NCBI GenBank assembly: GCA_047495785.1
Contig: JBLDXI010000074.1
Coordinates: 248,001 to 312,000 of the forward strand
From: Lepidodermella squamata
Lineage: Eukaryota > Animalia > Gastrotricha
Length of the DNA: 64,000 bases
Direction: 5' to 3'
Every line of letters begins with the position of its first letter. The stretch's first letter is position 1. The translations under genes and the position numbers were made by a program. Below the pieces are notes generated by a model that saw only the letters and a program-made list of their open reading frames with translations, had not been told where the DNA came from and did no database searches. Positions 52,145 through 64,000 of the stretch are shown piece after piece.

Positions 52145-52459
52145 AAAAATGGTAAATGGATTCATGGAGACGTCCCATTCGTTGAATGGATGGGCCGAAG
52201 CCATGGGTCCCGAATGAGCGCTCTTAGGGTCGCTTGTTGGGGTGTCTTCAGTCGGACAGCTAGGTATCGATTAGTGCAGTCTCGCTGACACTCCTAATCT
52301 ACCACTTTTCACTTTTGTAACACGATGGAGTGGTCGGCCACCGTCGGGGTAGAGCGTCATTGATGAATCACGGCCGACCCGGATGGGGATCGAACTGGTG
52401 ACTGAATCAATCTTGACACTCTTGAGCAGACAGCTATCCACTGAACTACTGTTTGCCCC
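52145..52459 (-). mobile_element. tRNA-derived SINE
   Basis: Minus-strand head with A-box TAGTTCAGTGG and B-box GTTCGATCCCC, an about 230-nt body, and a CCATT-like 3' tail. Confidence 0.6.
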
Positions 52460-52586
52460 CTGTTCTTCAGTCTATATGCTGTAATATATGGAACACGATA
52501 CTTGATACATCTGCACATTTTCGGTCGCCGAGAATCCTTTGTACAGTTATTATTGATATAGACATTATATTGATGAATGCTGAAGC

Positions 52587-53480
52587 ATGCCTCTGGGCGA
52601 GTTGATTGAATCGAGAGACACAAAAATCACTGACCTTCCAACCGAAGTCATTGTTAACATCCTTTCAAGGGTCGACCCTAAAGAATTGCTGTTGTCGTGC
52701 TCAGTTGTCTGTAAGCGGTTTCATGACATAATTTATACTACCGAGTTCTGGTCCGATCTCTTTTCTTGTGAGTATGGTGTGGAAAATTTAGCATTGCTTC
52801 GGTCGAAAATGCCGTCACATCATATTGACGTAAAGCGGTTGGTCGTGTTCCACTCTTTTGAACGAAACTTGGTGTGCAATCCTGCGGGTGAGGATCATAA
52901 TTTCGATTTCTGGGAAATCATTAAGAATGGGGGCAATGGACTCATCATTGAGCGGCCTAAAGACTCTCCACAGGTTCCCGGCGTTGGCATAAAGATGACA
53001 AGGGGTGAATTGGAATCAGTAGATCGTCCGATGTGGTTAGACCTGCCGGCGACATCATGCTTTGTTTCTTCGCATGACCGCTGCGAGTTGCTTCAAGTTA
53101 TTAATCTCACAGAGCGAGGCTTCAATCCGGATATTCTCGACATTATTCAACCTCCTATTGCAGTTGGAGTTTGGTTCGCTGCTCGATGGGACTGCGGTGC
53201 CGAGTATAAATTGGATGTTGTATTACGGGATGAAAATGATAAAGAAGTTACTAGATTTCAGCAAACTCATAGAATGACCGCGGGCGAGGATCGTTCTCGG
53301 TGGATTCCTTTATATCATGTTTTCTCTGACTATGGACGAAAGCGAAGGGCGGGAAGGGCGCGAAAGGTGCGAAAGGTAGAATTCCGTCAATCTGGTGTCG
53401 ATACGCAAGGTTGGCGAGGTCATTACGGTGCAAAATTTACGAATGCAACGGTTAAAGTTCTGTTTTCCACACCGCGCTAA
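52587..53480 (+). CDS. F-box/FBA-domain protein, copy 2
   Basis: Close paralog of 50276-51166; basic insertion GRKRRAGRARKVRKV; DTQGWRGHYG. Confidence 0.88.
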   Translation: MPLGELIESRDTKITDLPTEVIVNILSRVDPKELLLSCSVVCKRFHDIIYTTEFWSDLFSCEYGVENLALLRSKMPSHHIDVKRLVVFHSFERNLVCNPAGEDHNFDFWEIIKNGGNGLIIERPKDSPQVPGVGIKMTRGELESVDRPMWLDLPATSCFVSSHDRCELLQVINLTERGFNPDILDIIQPPIAVGVWFAARWDCGAEYKLDVVLRDENDKEVTRFQQTHRMTAGEDRSRWIPLYHVFSDYGRKRRAGRARKVRKVEFRQSGVDTQGWRGHYGAKFTNATVKVLFSTPR

Positions 53481-53691
53481 GAGATATAGCCAATCAAGTT
53501 AACAAAATTGAATATATCAAACAGTCCGACTATGATTTCATACATTATGATCATGATTATATGCAGCTTATTTCCGAATATCAGCAGCTTAGTCTTTAAT
53601 TGTTGTGATTTTTCAATACTTCATATAATTTAGATTTTCATATTTTTAATTATAACTAGACTTGACCAATTAAATTTCTTGATGGCTAACT

Positions 53692-54567
53692 ATGGGAAAA
53701 TTCACTGAGCCTGAGGAAGAATCGCGTTTCGATAACCTGCCGTTAGAACTGATCTACCAGATATTATGTCATGTTCAGCCCAATGATTTGCTGCAGTCTT
53801 GTTCTCTAATCAATTGGAAATTCAATTCGATCATCAAATCACCATGTTTCTGGATGTTCAAATTTGAATCAAATCATGGCGAGAGAAGCTTCCAGATCTT
53901 GAATAGAATATCGAGACAGTCTTCCATCAACTTCAAGCGACTTGTTTTTAATAATTCATTCAATCGAAATTTGCTCCAAAATTCCTGTGGTCAATTAGGA
54001 TCGCCAAAATGCTGGACCATTGAGTTGTACGACGGTAATGGATTGCTCGTTGAATCAGTTCCACCGCCCGGATTTCGGACCAATAATGAAACGCTGATTG
54101 CTCAATCAAAAATCCGCCGGCCTTTTTGGCTTGAACTTCCTGCTAAATTTTGTTTCGCTACCTCATTCGGCCTGGGCCAGAAAAGCCAGGTCGTCGATTT
54201 ATTCCAGCAAGGTTTCCAGCCTGAAATTTTCGATCGAGTGAAACCGCCTATTGCTATCGGTGAATGGGTCGCTGCTCGCTGGGATTGCGGCGCTAGATAT
54301 CGCCTTCAAGTTTTATTACTCGACAGCAACAACAAAGAACTAGCCAGCTATGAAAAGTCTCTCCATTTAGTCGACCAAAGCGATCGATCGCATTGGCACC
54401 CGGTTTGGCACGTTTTCAGTGATTACCCGCCTGGTGTTCGCCGTATCTTATTTCGCCACTCTGGTGTTGATACCCAGGGCTGGTCGGGGCACTTTGGGGC
54501 CAAGTTCACAAAAGCTACAATCAAGGTGCTTCTGCCTGGTAGTACCAATTATTTTTCCACTGCTTGA
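53692..54567 (+). CDS. F-box/FBA-domain protein, copy 3 (divergent)
   Basis: FDNLPLELIYQIL, RNLLQNSCG, WVAARWDCG, HVFSDYPPGVR, DTQGWSGHFGAK. Confidence 0.9.
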   Translation: MGKFTEPEEESRFDNLPLELIYQILCHVQPNDLLQSCSLINWKFNSIIKSPCFWMFKFESNHGERSFQILNRISRQSSINFKRLVFNNSFNRNLLQNSCGQLGSPKCWTIELYDGNGLLVESVPPPGFRTNNETLIAQSKIRRPFWLELPAKFCFATSFGLGQKSQVVDLFQQGFQPEIFDRVKPPIAIGEWVAARWDCGARYRLQVLLLDSNNKELASYEKSLHLVDQSDRSHWHPVWHVFSDYPPGVRRILFRHSGVDTQGWSGHFGAKFTKATIKVLLPGSTNYFSTA

Positions 54568-54758
54568 TAAAAAATAACAAAAAAACACTTGTATGCGTGT
54601 TTTATATATAAATCTGATCACTATTTTTTATTATTATTTTACTTTGCCAAAAACCGACCAGAGACCTTGTATTTTCACCCTACTTTTTATTAGTATTGTT
54701 GTTTGATTTTCGATAAAAAAATAATTGTAATTAAACTGTTTTCTCTTTAGATTTTATT

Positions 54759-56172
54759 ATGTCTGAAAATTCTGGAATTAAGAGACCGGTTTCAGAAAGC
54801 GGGGGTGAAGTCGCGGCGAAATCGGCGAAAATTTCATCAAAAAGTCCAGTTTCATTCGCTGTTTCTTTGAAAGGTGAACGCGATGAATTGCAAGACGCTC
54901 ATCATTGTATCGATGATTTTCGCCCGAATCTCGCCGAGTTCATTGCGCAACCTGAAGAACTTCTTTCGGCTAGTTACTACTGCTTATGTGACGGCCATTC
55001 CGGGTCCCGAGCTGCATTAGCTGTGACTAAAGATCTTCACGTGAAAATTTGCGAAAATCTGAAGCGGAATAAACCGAAACCTGGGTTGAAAGATGTCGAG
55101 GGCGACTTGAAGAAATCGATAATCGATGCGTATAAATTGATTGATGACGAGTTCTTGAAGCGATGTGCCGAGCAGAAACCCCCATGGAAAGACGGTACTA
55201 CAGTTGCTAATGTTATTCTACTCAACCGTTATTTATATGTGGCGAATGTTGGCGATACTCGAGCTGTGTTGTTTCGCCGGAAGAAAAGTGATGATGGTTG
55301 TTGTTTGAAACAATGTGTTTGATTGGCGTGTGAGATGAATCGTTGTTTTTATCTGATGAGATAGAATCATCGACGGCTGCCTCGGAATTTTTGCAGGCGA
55401 TTCCGCTGACTAAAGACCACACGGCTAGTTTGTTCGAGGAGCGGCAGCGAATTCAGAAAGCCGGCGGAACTGTCAAGTAAATTTAATCATTCATGATAAA
55501 TTTCGAAAATTTAACCATCATTTATTTCAGGGATGGCCGGGTTCTTGGCATTCTTGAAGTTTCTCGATCGATTGGCGATGGGCCTTACAAAGGTCACGGC
55601 GTGACTTGCGTTCCCGAGGTCAAACGACTGCAATTAACTTCAAACGATCATTACCTTGTTATAGCATGCGATGGTCTTTGGAAAGTAGTAGAAACCACAG
55701 ATGTCGCATCAATTCTTGACGAATTATTGAAGGTAATTATCCGCGGTATTTTCGCAATTTCGTAAATTAAAATTCAATTTTGAATGTGAAATTTTGAAAA
55801 TCCATTCTCAGAATTCCTTCATGATGTTTATTTTCGATTTTTTCGGTTCCATCGTCCATTATTTGATTGATTTCGTTATTATTTTACGCCGCAGTGCAAT
55901 TTTAAGTTTTAAGGTAGATCTCTTCATCTAAATTTACTAAAATATTACTGTGTTTATAATGACTTACCTGAACATTTGATTTTACTTGGGTTTAAATTAT
56001 TCGAGCAACATTCCTGATTGGTCGATTCTAATTTCAATTTTAGGAGAAGCCGTTAGATTTCGCTAAATCTGCAAGCCAAAAACTGGCGGCGACTGCTCTG
56101 CGTAAACTTTCCGGCGACAACGTAACTGTGATAACTGTTGACTTGCGACCTCTCACCGCCAATTTTGATTAA
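54759..56172 (+). CDS. ILKAP: PP2C phosphatase, ILKAP-like; exons about 54759-55296, 55365-55476, 55531-55732, 56044-56172
   Basis: KGERDELQDAH, DGHSG, QKPPWKDGTT, ANVGDTRA, GRVLGILEVSRSIGDG.YK, ACDGLWK, GDNVTV. Confidence 0.88.
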
Positions 56173-56230
56173 AAATATCTATTACTCGGCCTCAATTTCA
56201 AATTTATTTAGTGATTACAAACAGAAATAA

Positions 56231-57226
56231 ATGGCATCGCAAAGACTGAGCCGGGTAATGTCCCTGAAACCATTCGTGTTTGGATTGGTGCATGTTCGAG
56301 CTCTCCCCGGCAGCCCTGGTTACAATCCGAAAACAATGCCATTTGCTAAAGTTTGCGATATTGCGGTTGAAGAAGCTCGATTACTGGCTAAACTAGGTCT
56401 GGTAAGTAGCGTTACATGAATGCTTTACCCCTCATATTTTAATGGGAACAATATTTCCCTAAATTCAAGTTTTGATGGGCAAAAATGAAATGTATATTGG
56501 AATTTAGGATGGCCTGTTTATTGAAAACATGCACGATGTGCCGTATTTGGTTGGCAAGAAAGTCGGACCTGAAACGGTCGCTCACCTCGCTACAATATCC
56601 ACCTTAATCCGCCGAGAAGTCAAAGAAAAGCCTATTGGCCTGCAAATTTTAGCCGGCGCCAATCGCCAGGCAATTTCAGTCGCTGCAGCCGCTGATCTCG
56701 ATTTGGTTCGCGTTGAAGGCTTTGTTTTTGCCCACGTGGCGGATGAGGGTTTCATCGACTCGTGTGCTGGTGATTTGTTGCGGTTCCGAAAATCGATTGA
56801 TGCCGAGAGAATTGCGATTTTTGCGGATATTAAGAAAAAACACAGTTCGCACGCGATAACTGCTGATATTTCGCACTCTGTTACTGCGGAAGCGGCTCGA
56901 TTTTTCAAGGCGGATGGGGTTATAGTAACCGGTTCATCAACTGGCCACGCTCCATCCCCGAATTTGCTAAAAGGTTGAGAATCGTTCGATTATCCCAAAT
57001 AGTTTTTAATATTTTTGTACAATCAGAAATCAAGTCCGAGGTGGGTTCTTACCCAGTTATGGTAGGTTCTGGCGTGGATGTGAAAAATTTGAAAGATTTC
57101 CACCGGGCTGGGGCTTCCGGTTTTATTGTTGGCTCGACTTTCAAGGTAAACGGTCATTGGGCTAATGAAATCGACCCTGAACGCGTGAAAGCATTTGTTC
57201 ATAGAATTAACGAGATTCGCGCTTAA
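56231..57226 (+). CDS. BtpA/SgcQ-family TIM-barrel protein; exons 56231-56401, 56508-56973, 57027-57226
   Basis: GLVHVRALPGSP, DGLFIENMHDVPY, RVEGFVFAHVADEG, DIKKKHSSHAIT, DGVIVTGSSTG, VGSGV, IVGS.FK. Confidence 0.9.
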
Positions 57227-57301
57227 AAATTGAACTTATTTCTTATTAATTCGAATAATTTATCATCGATTCTAATTTCGTTATTTAGTTTTTATATTGT
57301 G

Positions 57302-60300
57302 ATGTTGCGAATACTGTTTATTTTCGCGTTTATTGCGGGTCTGGTGTACGGTGAACAGTTTTCGGAGGAATTGGTGATTCGAAAACTGCCAGATGGCCAC
57401 ATTTATGCTCATTTCACGTTTGTTGTCGATCGAGGAGTAAATGAAAGTAAGTATTCGTAGTTTCGAAAGTCGATTATCATTCATTTCTTCCTTAATTCAG
57501 CTCATTATAGCTTTTTTCCGAAATCTCTGGCCGATGTTTTCTCGCACTACGATGTCGATGAGATGCACTTGTCGGTAACGCAGGGCCTTTGGCGGCATCG
57601 AAAATGGGGCTATCCTCTGCATTCAGAAGCGCCCCCTGGTACGGAACTGTGGGCTTGGTTCAAACCGGAAGTTTCCAGGTAAGGTTTTACAAGTTCTCCC
57701 TACAGATTTACGATGTTGGGATGGATGTTACAATATCATTCATCCCCTATTTATTCATTGACAATTTTGTAAATTCGAAAGAATTTGCTCCATCCATCCT
57801 AATTACCCCTTTCGACATTGTTTATAAGCATTATGACGCTTGATCGCATATCGCATCATGGTTTAATCGTAGCATCTCTTGAGCTAAATGTTTTCTCTGT
57901 CGTGATCGCTTGATTGAGAACTGATTTGGTCTTGATCATTTTTCAGCTTGCAGTAGCTTTTTTGTTGATTTTTTTGGCCTTTTAGTTGTTGGGGGTTTCT
58001 TAGGCTTCGTTTTTGGCTGAATTTCAATCGAGGGGCTTTGTTAATTGCCTTCAAGTTCTCAAAAGTCATCGTGGCGATACGTTACGTGTCTTGGCTTTCA
58101 TTCGATCTTTTCGAGTTCGAGCTAAATTTTCGTAAGCTGCGGCTTCTCTAAAACCACCGCCCCAGCTGATATTGCGCGGTTTTCCGGCCAGTTCGTCTGA
58201 GGAGTAATGGCTGATATGTCATTCGCTCCTGTAGAAGACTTCTTAGAATTTGAATCGATACGCAGCTATTTAAAATTGATACGCGGAAATAATTAGTTTT
58301 CTGTACTCAATTTCTCCGTTAACGTGAAAAGTTTGCCAGAGAAATCGACCTGATGCTACAGGTTCCTCGACAAAAGTATTGCATTCAACACGCCTTGACT
58401 TAAATTATACATTAGCTTTTTTCTGCGGTTTCTTTGGTTTGAAAAAACTATGTTGCAATTCATCGAAAATTTACGAAAGGAAGAATTCTGAGTAGACTTG
58501 TTCCCGACGGGATTCGTAGGAGTGGACAGTTGTTGAGGCTGATTCAAGGGCTTTGCCGAAGACAGAGGTTCGAACGATGCTGGACAATCGAGACATTTTG
58601 TGAACAGAAAAATGCAACACGACGCCTCAGCCTCATTCAAATGACTCGTAGCGAACTGGATCACGGCTGTCATTTAGCGACCACCAAGTGCCGTCGTAAC
58701 GAAGAACATTGCACTTGTAATGACCGTGGCATATGCTCGACCCATAATGATTGACAATGGCCACCGATTTGTAAAAACTTGAATTTATATTTATAAGCCA
58801 AATTGAGCGTCTCGTCAAATTGAACTGGCCGTTGAATCTTCGTTAGGATACCTGGTTCCGTGGGTTCAATTAGCAGTGCAAGAAATGAGTAGCTCAAATG
58901 TGTGAATGTCGCATACGACGAACGATTCTATATTATATTTGAGTCTGTACGGACGAAGATACGTGCGCAGAGTGCTGAATGTGTTAGCTGGGTCAAGTGT
59001 TGGCGGATCGCCGAAAGCAGCCATCATGTGGCCATTCCGTGGCTCGTCCCTTACCGCGCCGTTCGAGCGCCTTTGGGTCCGTATGGCATAATAGTCTGGA
59101 TTACGATTTGAACCACCCATTATTTCGAAAAGCTGCCTGTTAGGAAGACGGTCACCTAAGCGTACAACGGAAGCAGTTGGAACACGAGCAAGAAGCGTAG
59201 CAAGGTCGCCACGTTGAATTCTTTGATGGCCATGTCGGTTATATACGGTAGGAATTATCAAGAAAAACACCGTGTCGAAGCAATATATCATTTTGAACGC
59301 CGGAGATGAATGTTCAAGTTCTCGACTTTGTTGATATATATTCCATTGGACTTGAGAATGTCTATCACTCGAGCTTTCAATTCGGAACATCAATGTTGTA
59401 AATGTGATTGAATTCAGATCTGAAGAATGATAGAAAGCTCAAGTGAAGATTGAATCTGTGATGCAGAATAAATGGCATGAAGTTGGAAACAAAATGAGTA
59501 CACCATGACATCTTTATATTAAATGCCTAAAATGTGGAGGATTATTTACTCCACTCCACTCCGATGTCTGAAGTAGTTTTTTAAAAGTCATTTTTTCATC
59601 GCATTTTCCACCGATCTGAAAATCAGAATCTAAGTTATTCTAGTTACCGTAAATACCGAATTATAAGAGAGTGCCTTATAATAATTTCAAATGCCCCAAA
59701 AGTCCTGCCTTGTAAAACGGGTCTGCCTTTTATTTCGGGTCTGCCTTATATTTATTTTTACCGAGCACGAGAAATTCATTCATCATCATCACCAGTTATA
59801 ATTTCAACCTCATCGACCCGCACCTGGGAGGCGCCTGTGTTCTTTACCTCCTTTGCTGCTAGCGGCTGTGTGTAAACAAGGGATTAAATTCCTCACAGGT
59901 GGATTAAATACTACTTACGCTCTATCAAGTGCGCGAGATTAAGCTTCTTCCATTTGCACAGCTGACGCTCACTCAAGCCGGAATAAGAGGCACGTGCCTT
60001 ATATTTCGGTTCTGCCTTATATTATTTCAATTGACCTCTGACCTCTGCCCTCAATTCCGGTCCTGCCTTATATTTAGGTGATGCCTAGTAATTCGGTATT
60101 TACGGTAGATTAACGTTGGATCAATTTTCCGCTGTTTTAAATGTGTTTTTCACCATTTATTAGTGTCGATACTCAATGGAAGCGCTTGACTTCAGCTCTT
60201 TCCGGCGCGTTTTGCACGTCAATGCAATACATGGACGCAAAATCAACATCGACCCCGCATTTCGCCTATCGCATGGACGGTTTCGCCCCGGTCCGCAGCC

Positions 60301-61924
60301 AGAAAAACGTGCTAGCCGACAAGAACTCGGTTAGATACGCTGCCCTACCCGGCGAGACTCCCTGCACAAATACCCTGACACCCTGGACTAAACTACTGCC
60401 TTGTCACACGAAATCTGGGCTAGGATCTCTATTGGAACCTCACAGCATTTTTTCGGCGAGTTACGCCTCGATTGGCCTGCATTTCTTACACACGTGTCCG
60501 GACAACCAAGACCAGTGTTCCACCCCGTTGGAGCAAATTAAATTGAGCCTGGCCGTTGTCTACAACCCGAAAACCACCAATTTAGCCGGGCAAGTCTCGT
60601 TGCGCCGAATGTTTACACGAGACATTCAATCGTCTTGCGTTTTGGCGAAAAGGAGCAAAATTATTATTGATACCGAGTCGTTTTTGGCTGGTACAGTCAT
60701 CACCCCTACTCCGTCAATCACGAAACTCGACTCGAAATTCCACGAATACGACCTGACCGCGCCGATTTCATTCGCCCTACCCTTTGACGTGAACATTCGC
60801 TATCAAAAGAAGAAACGGGCAGAAAACTCGTCGGTTTTCGAGGAGACGAATGTCCCGATAACGGTGCATCGTTACCTGGCCGGTTATGGCCAGCAGTCTG
60901 GTACGGTTGTTTGTCAAATCGACAATCGTTTAGGCGATCACGTGCCGATTATTTATTCGCAAACGTTCCCATGGTTCATTTACGTGTACTTGCACTCGTT
61001 AAAAATCGTCGCAACGCCACAAGACGTTCGTCAAAGCTCAATCAGCATTTTACCAGGTAATTTGAATTTATTGATTTTTGCCACATTTTGGCGTAAATTT
61101 TCAAATTTCAAAAAATTGAATAGATTAATTTATTATGATATTTGATTTATCTAATTTAGCCTTCCGATGTAAAATTCTAGCTTGTTTCACCCAAATAAAA
61201 TTGAAAATTAAAAAAATTATTTGAAATTCTTTTTCTATAAATTCATTAAATCTTGATAAAAAATCTCACCTATTATTTGTTTAGGTTTATTAGCGTAATT
61301 AAGCAAAATTGTTTGAATTTTTCAGTGAAAATGCACTACACACCGAGCAAACTCCGTGAGCGAATCGCCGAGTTAGAACTGACGTTCATGCTGCCGCCTC
61401 ATTCCACGACAACAATCACCCTTGACCTCGACTATCAACTTCTCAGGTGGACTGAGTACCCGCCAGATGCTAACCACGGCTTCTACATCAATTCGGGAAC
61501 AATCACCGCCCTTTTGCCTGTTCAGGAAAATTCCGGTTTCGTCAGAAATTCTCTGCCCCGTGAATACGCTACCTTCTCTGAATATTTGAACCAACGAGCT
61601 CAGAACGGAAATTTGACTGGATTTACGTATATGTTCCGTCTTTATACCGAATCTTTGATCGTTTACCTACCCACCCCGGATTTTTCGATGCCTTACAACG
61701 CGCTGTGCCTTGTTTGTACCGTGGTAGCTATCGGTTTCGGGTCAGTTCATAGCCTTACAACGAAACGATTTGTCTTGGTCGACCCGCAACACCCTCCGCC
61801 TAATGCAATTTCGAAAGCGAAGGATATTCTCGCAAAGATTAAAAACCGAATTTTCGGCTCCAAGTCGAAGGAAGAAGCTCAAACGACTGCTGAATCGGAG
61901 AAAAAAGCTGAGAAGCAAGACTAA
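57302..61924 (+). CDS. PIGT: GPI transamidase component PIG-T; exons about 57302-57447, 57501-57678, 60164-61056, 61326-61924
   Basis: Signal peptide, EELVIRKLPDGHIYAHF, APPGTELWAWF, LPGETPCTNTLTPWTKLLPC, LRWTEYPPDANHGF, LPTPDFSMPYN plus TM segment. Confidence 0.93.
58530..59320 (-). pseudogene. Frameshifted USP (peptidase C19)-like deubiquitinase remnant, antisense in PIGT intron 2
   Basis: Successive frames give TKIQRPVQFDETLNL, VAIVNHYGSSICHGHYKCNVLRYDGTWWSLNDS (His box) and EASCCIFLFTK. Confidence 0.65.
59647..60105. mobile_element. pogo/Tigger-like MITE in PIGT intron 2
   Basis: TA|CCGTAAATACCGAATTA ... TAATTCGGTATTTACGG|TA; internal CTGCCTTATA repeats. Confidence 0.85.
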
Positions 61925-62300
61925 AGATTTTGTGATTACTAGTCCCGTTCTTTTTATGCTGAAGTTTCTCGACGTTCAACGTCTCAAGTTTTAATTTATA
62001 TACTCTCGTGAGTTGTGACCACATTTTGTGTTATGATGACGAAATTTTTTGTGCTAACATTGACTACTTTGTGTGCTCTCATAATGTGAAAAACAAGAAA
62101 AATGTCGATAACATTAATTGCAGGAAATTTATGAAATATTGAAACCTGTAATTAATTTTCGAAACTATTCCTGCTATAACGTGACTTCGTCTAATAAGCG
62201 ACAGAAATGCAATATAAATCCAATAAAACCTGTGTTTTTCTTATCAATTTAATAGGGGAGGTTCGCGAATATAGTAAAACTCGAATTATTGCGTTAATAT

Positions 62301-63146
62301 ATGGCCGAATCTGGCAAGCGACGTCTTTCAACAGCTTCGAACAGTGAAGAAGATTTAGAAAAGCGACCCAGACTTGAAGATGAAGATAACGAGGATGAGA
62401 GCTTGACTTCGCCGGACGAGTTAATTAAAATAACGTTCGACGTTGTGCTCAATGAAAGCCTCAGCGTGTTCCGGGCTTACAACAAGAAGCCGCCCGGGCA
62501 ATTTACAGTCACCCTCTACTGCCGGCCGGAGCATTTGGGCGACGGCAAATTTACGCCGTTCAACGCGAAAATTTTCAACGAGTCGCTGAATGTGTCAACA
62601 TGCAGATATCGCAGCTGTTTCAATTTCAACCGCGATTTCGCTGTGACCAGCGAATTTTTTGTTGATGTCGACTTGGGTTTTGCGGTTCCGGTTCAGCGCG
62701 TTGAAATTAAAGATTCGCTGAGATTTGGCCGGGTTTACACGGTTTCAGCCGGGTTGAACTGTTTAGGTAGCCATGACCACTGGACCTATGGCCATTGGAG
62801 GCCTGCGTGGCATAAAAATATCCCGCCTTATTCGCTGGAAGAACTCGCCCAGCCCTCGAAAAGCCTTGAATCTGCGGTTATTGTTCCGGAAAAATCGCGA
62901 AATACTCCCGTTAACGTGTTTCGATTTGAAATGAATTTCTATGCGAAAGGGTCGTTTTTCACCGATTTTGTGCCTTATGTAAGGCTTCATGCTGAAACTA
63001 AGAAAACGCGGAGTTTCGATGTAGCTGTTCGGTCTCATTCGGATGAAGTCTGCGAAGAAGAAACCTGCTTTCCCGGGTTGGATTTGTTGCCTGAAAAAGT
63101 TATCCTGCGAATTGTTCAATGCCTTAATGGCGCTGCTCGAACGAGG
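62301..63146 (+). CDS. FBXL4-like F-box protein, first exon (gene probably continues beyond the window)
   Basis: Beta-rich domain (VDVDLGFAVPVQRVEIKDS, PVNVFRFEMN, VRLHA) resembling the FBXL4 N-terminal domain, then F-box start LDLLPEKVILRIVQCL; donor GTGAGC at 63147. Confidence 0.6.
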
Positions 63147-63374
63147 GTGAGCTAATTATTTTTAACGTTATTTATTTAATTGTTTCAAAAATCTAAACAT
63201 TTTGATTTTCATTCCTGAATAACTAGCATCGTTGAAGTTAAAGATGGTCCTGTCTAATTTTGAAAAAATTGTTACTTTACTTTATTCTTTATTCTTTATT
63301 ATTCTTCTTGTTGGCGAACAACAGTGGCGAAATTGTCAAAATGGTCGAAATGGTTTTTAATTTCGATTTCATGA

Positions 63375-63775
63375 TTTTTGATTTCATAAACTGATTTAAT
63401 AGGATTATCAGCTACAAAATAAGGAAAACAAGGATTGTTATGACCAAGTCTAAGAACAACGCATTTGCTCATATTAATAGACATCTGATGTGAGATGAAG
63501 AAGTTAGTAACAGAATTTATGTCATATATTGTACAAGTTCAGGAGAAATGCCAGGCTTTGAATATAGCTTAACGTCATCAGCGTACATTCTTATAATACA
63601 TACAATTTTTCACAACAAAGGAAGATCATTGATAAAAATAAGAAACAACAATGGACCTAGTACACTACCCTGAGGAACACCAGATGAAACATTTGACCAG
63701 GCAGAAAATGAATTATTGATTGCAACACGCTGAAGGCGATTTGATAAGAAAGCATTTATCCACTCAAGAAGGTGT
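63375..63775 (-). mobile_element. LINE (CR1/L2-like) reverse transcriptase fragment
   Basis: [13 protein letters not shown]...[21 protein letters not shown], then MYADDVKLY and INMSKCVVLRLG; contains stops and frameshifts. Confidence 0.9.
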
Positions 63776-64000
63776 TGTAGATAATAATCACGTTGGGGAA
63801 AGGGACTGAAGGGACTCGTTGATGATAGTGGCAATGCGGCTTTCGACACAGACGCTTTAAATAATGTGGAAGAAGTCGACGCTTGCGGTCCAATATTGAC
63901 ATTGTCGGGGTTCTTATGAGGTAGCGGATTATATCAATCGGTCGAGCTTCAAAATTCGTCAAAGACCCGAAATCGCCCTCAATGCTCACGTAGCGGGAGA

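Noticed and set aside
56231-57226. BtpA-family gene as a bacterial horizontal transfer
   Set aside because: The family is known in many animals and this gene has ordinary introns.
58866-59393. 175-aa antisense ORF as an intact nested gene
   Set aside because: Non-ATG start, and the recognisable USP motifs continue in other frames; better explained as part of the pseudogene.
63756-63989. 77-aa minus-strand ORF at the window edge
   Set aside because: No recognisable motif; abuts the LINE fragment and its context is truncated.

Overview
Compact eukaryotic, most likely invertebrate animal, genomic DNA with short GT-AG introns (many about 50-60 nt) and many MITEs. Left half (1-31 kb) is a transposon-rich accessory island centred on ubiquitin biology. 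It holds three paralogs of an intronless protein made of about 7 tandem ubiquitin-like domains (one intact and ending LKLRGC, one lacking the terminal domain, one pseudogene). It also holds a head-to-head pair of two-exon genes fusing an AIG1/GIMAP-type GTPase to a RING-H2 finger, two copies of a small Mug135-C-like gene, an ankyrin/SOCS-box gene and a decayed collagen exon. Right half is a dense conserved block: iRhom, CNOT1, SLC7A6OS/Iwr1, three F-box/FBA paralogs, ILKAP, a BtpA-family gene, PIGT (with a decayed antisense USP-type deubiquitinase in intron 2) and an FBXL4-like gene. Several are spaced so tightly (58-200 nt) that operons with SL trans-splicing are plausible. Best novel-system candidate: a clustered GIMAP-RING E3 plus poly-UBL(RGC) module, possibly immune-related. 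All family assignments come from manual motif recognition; no database searches were run.
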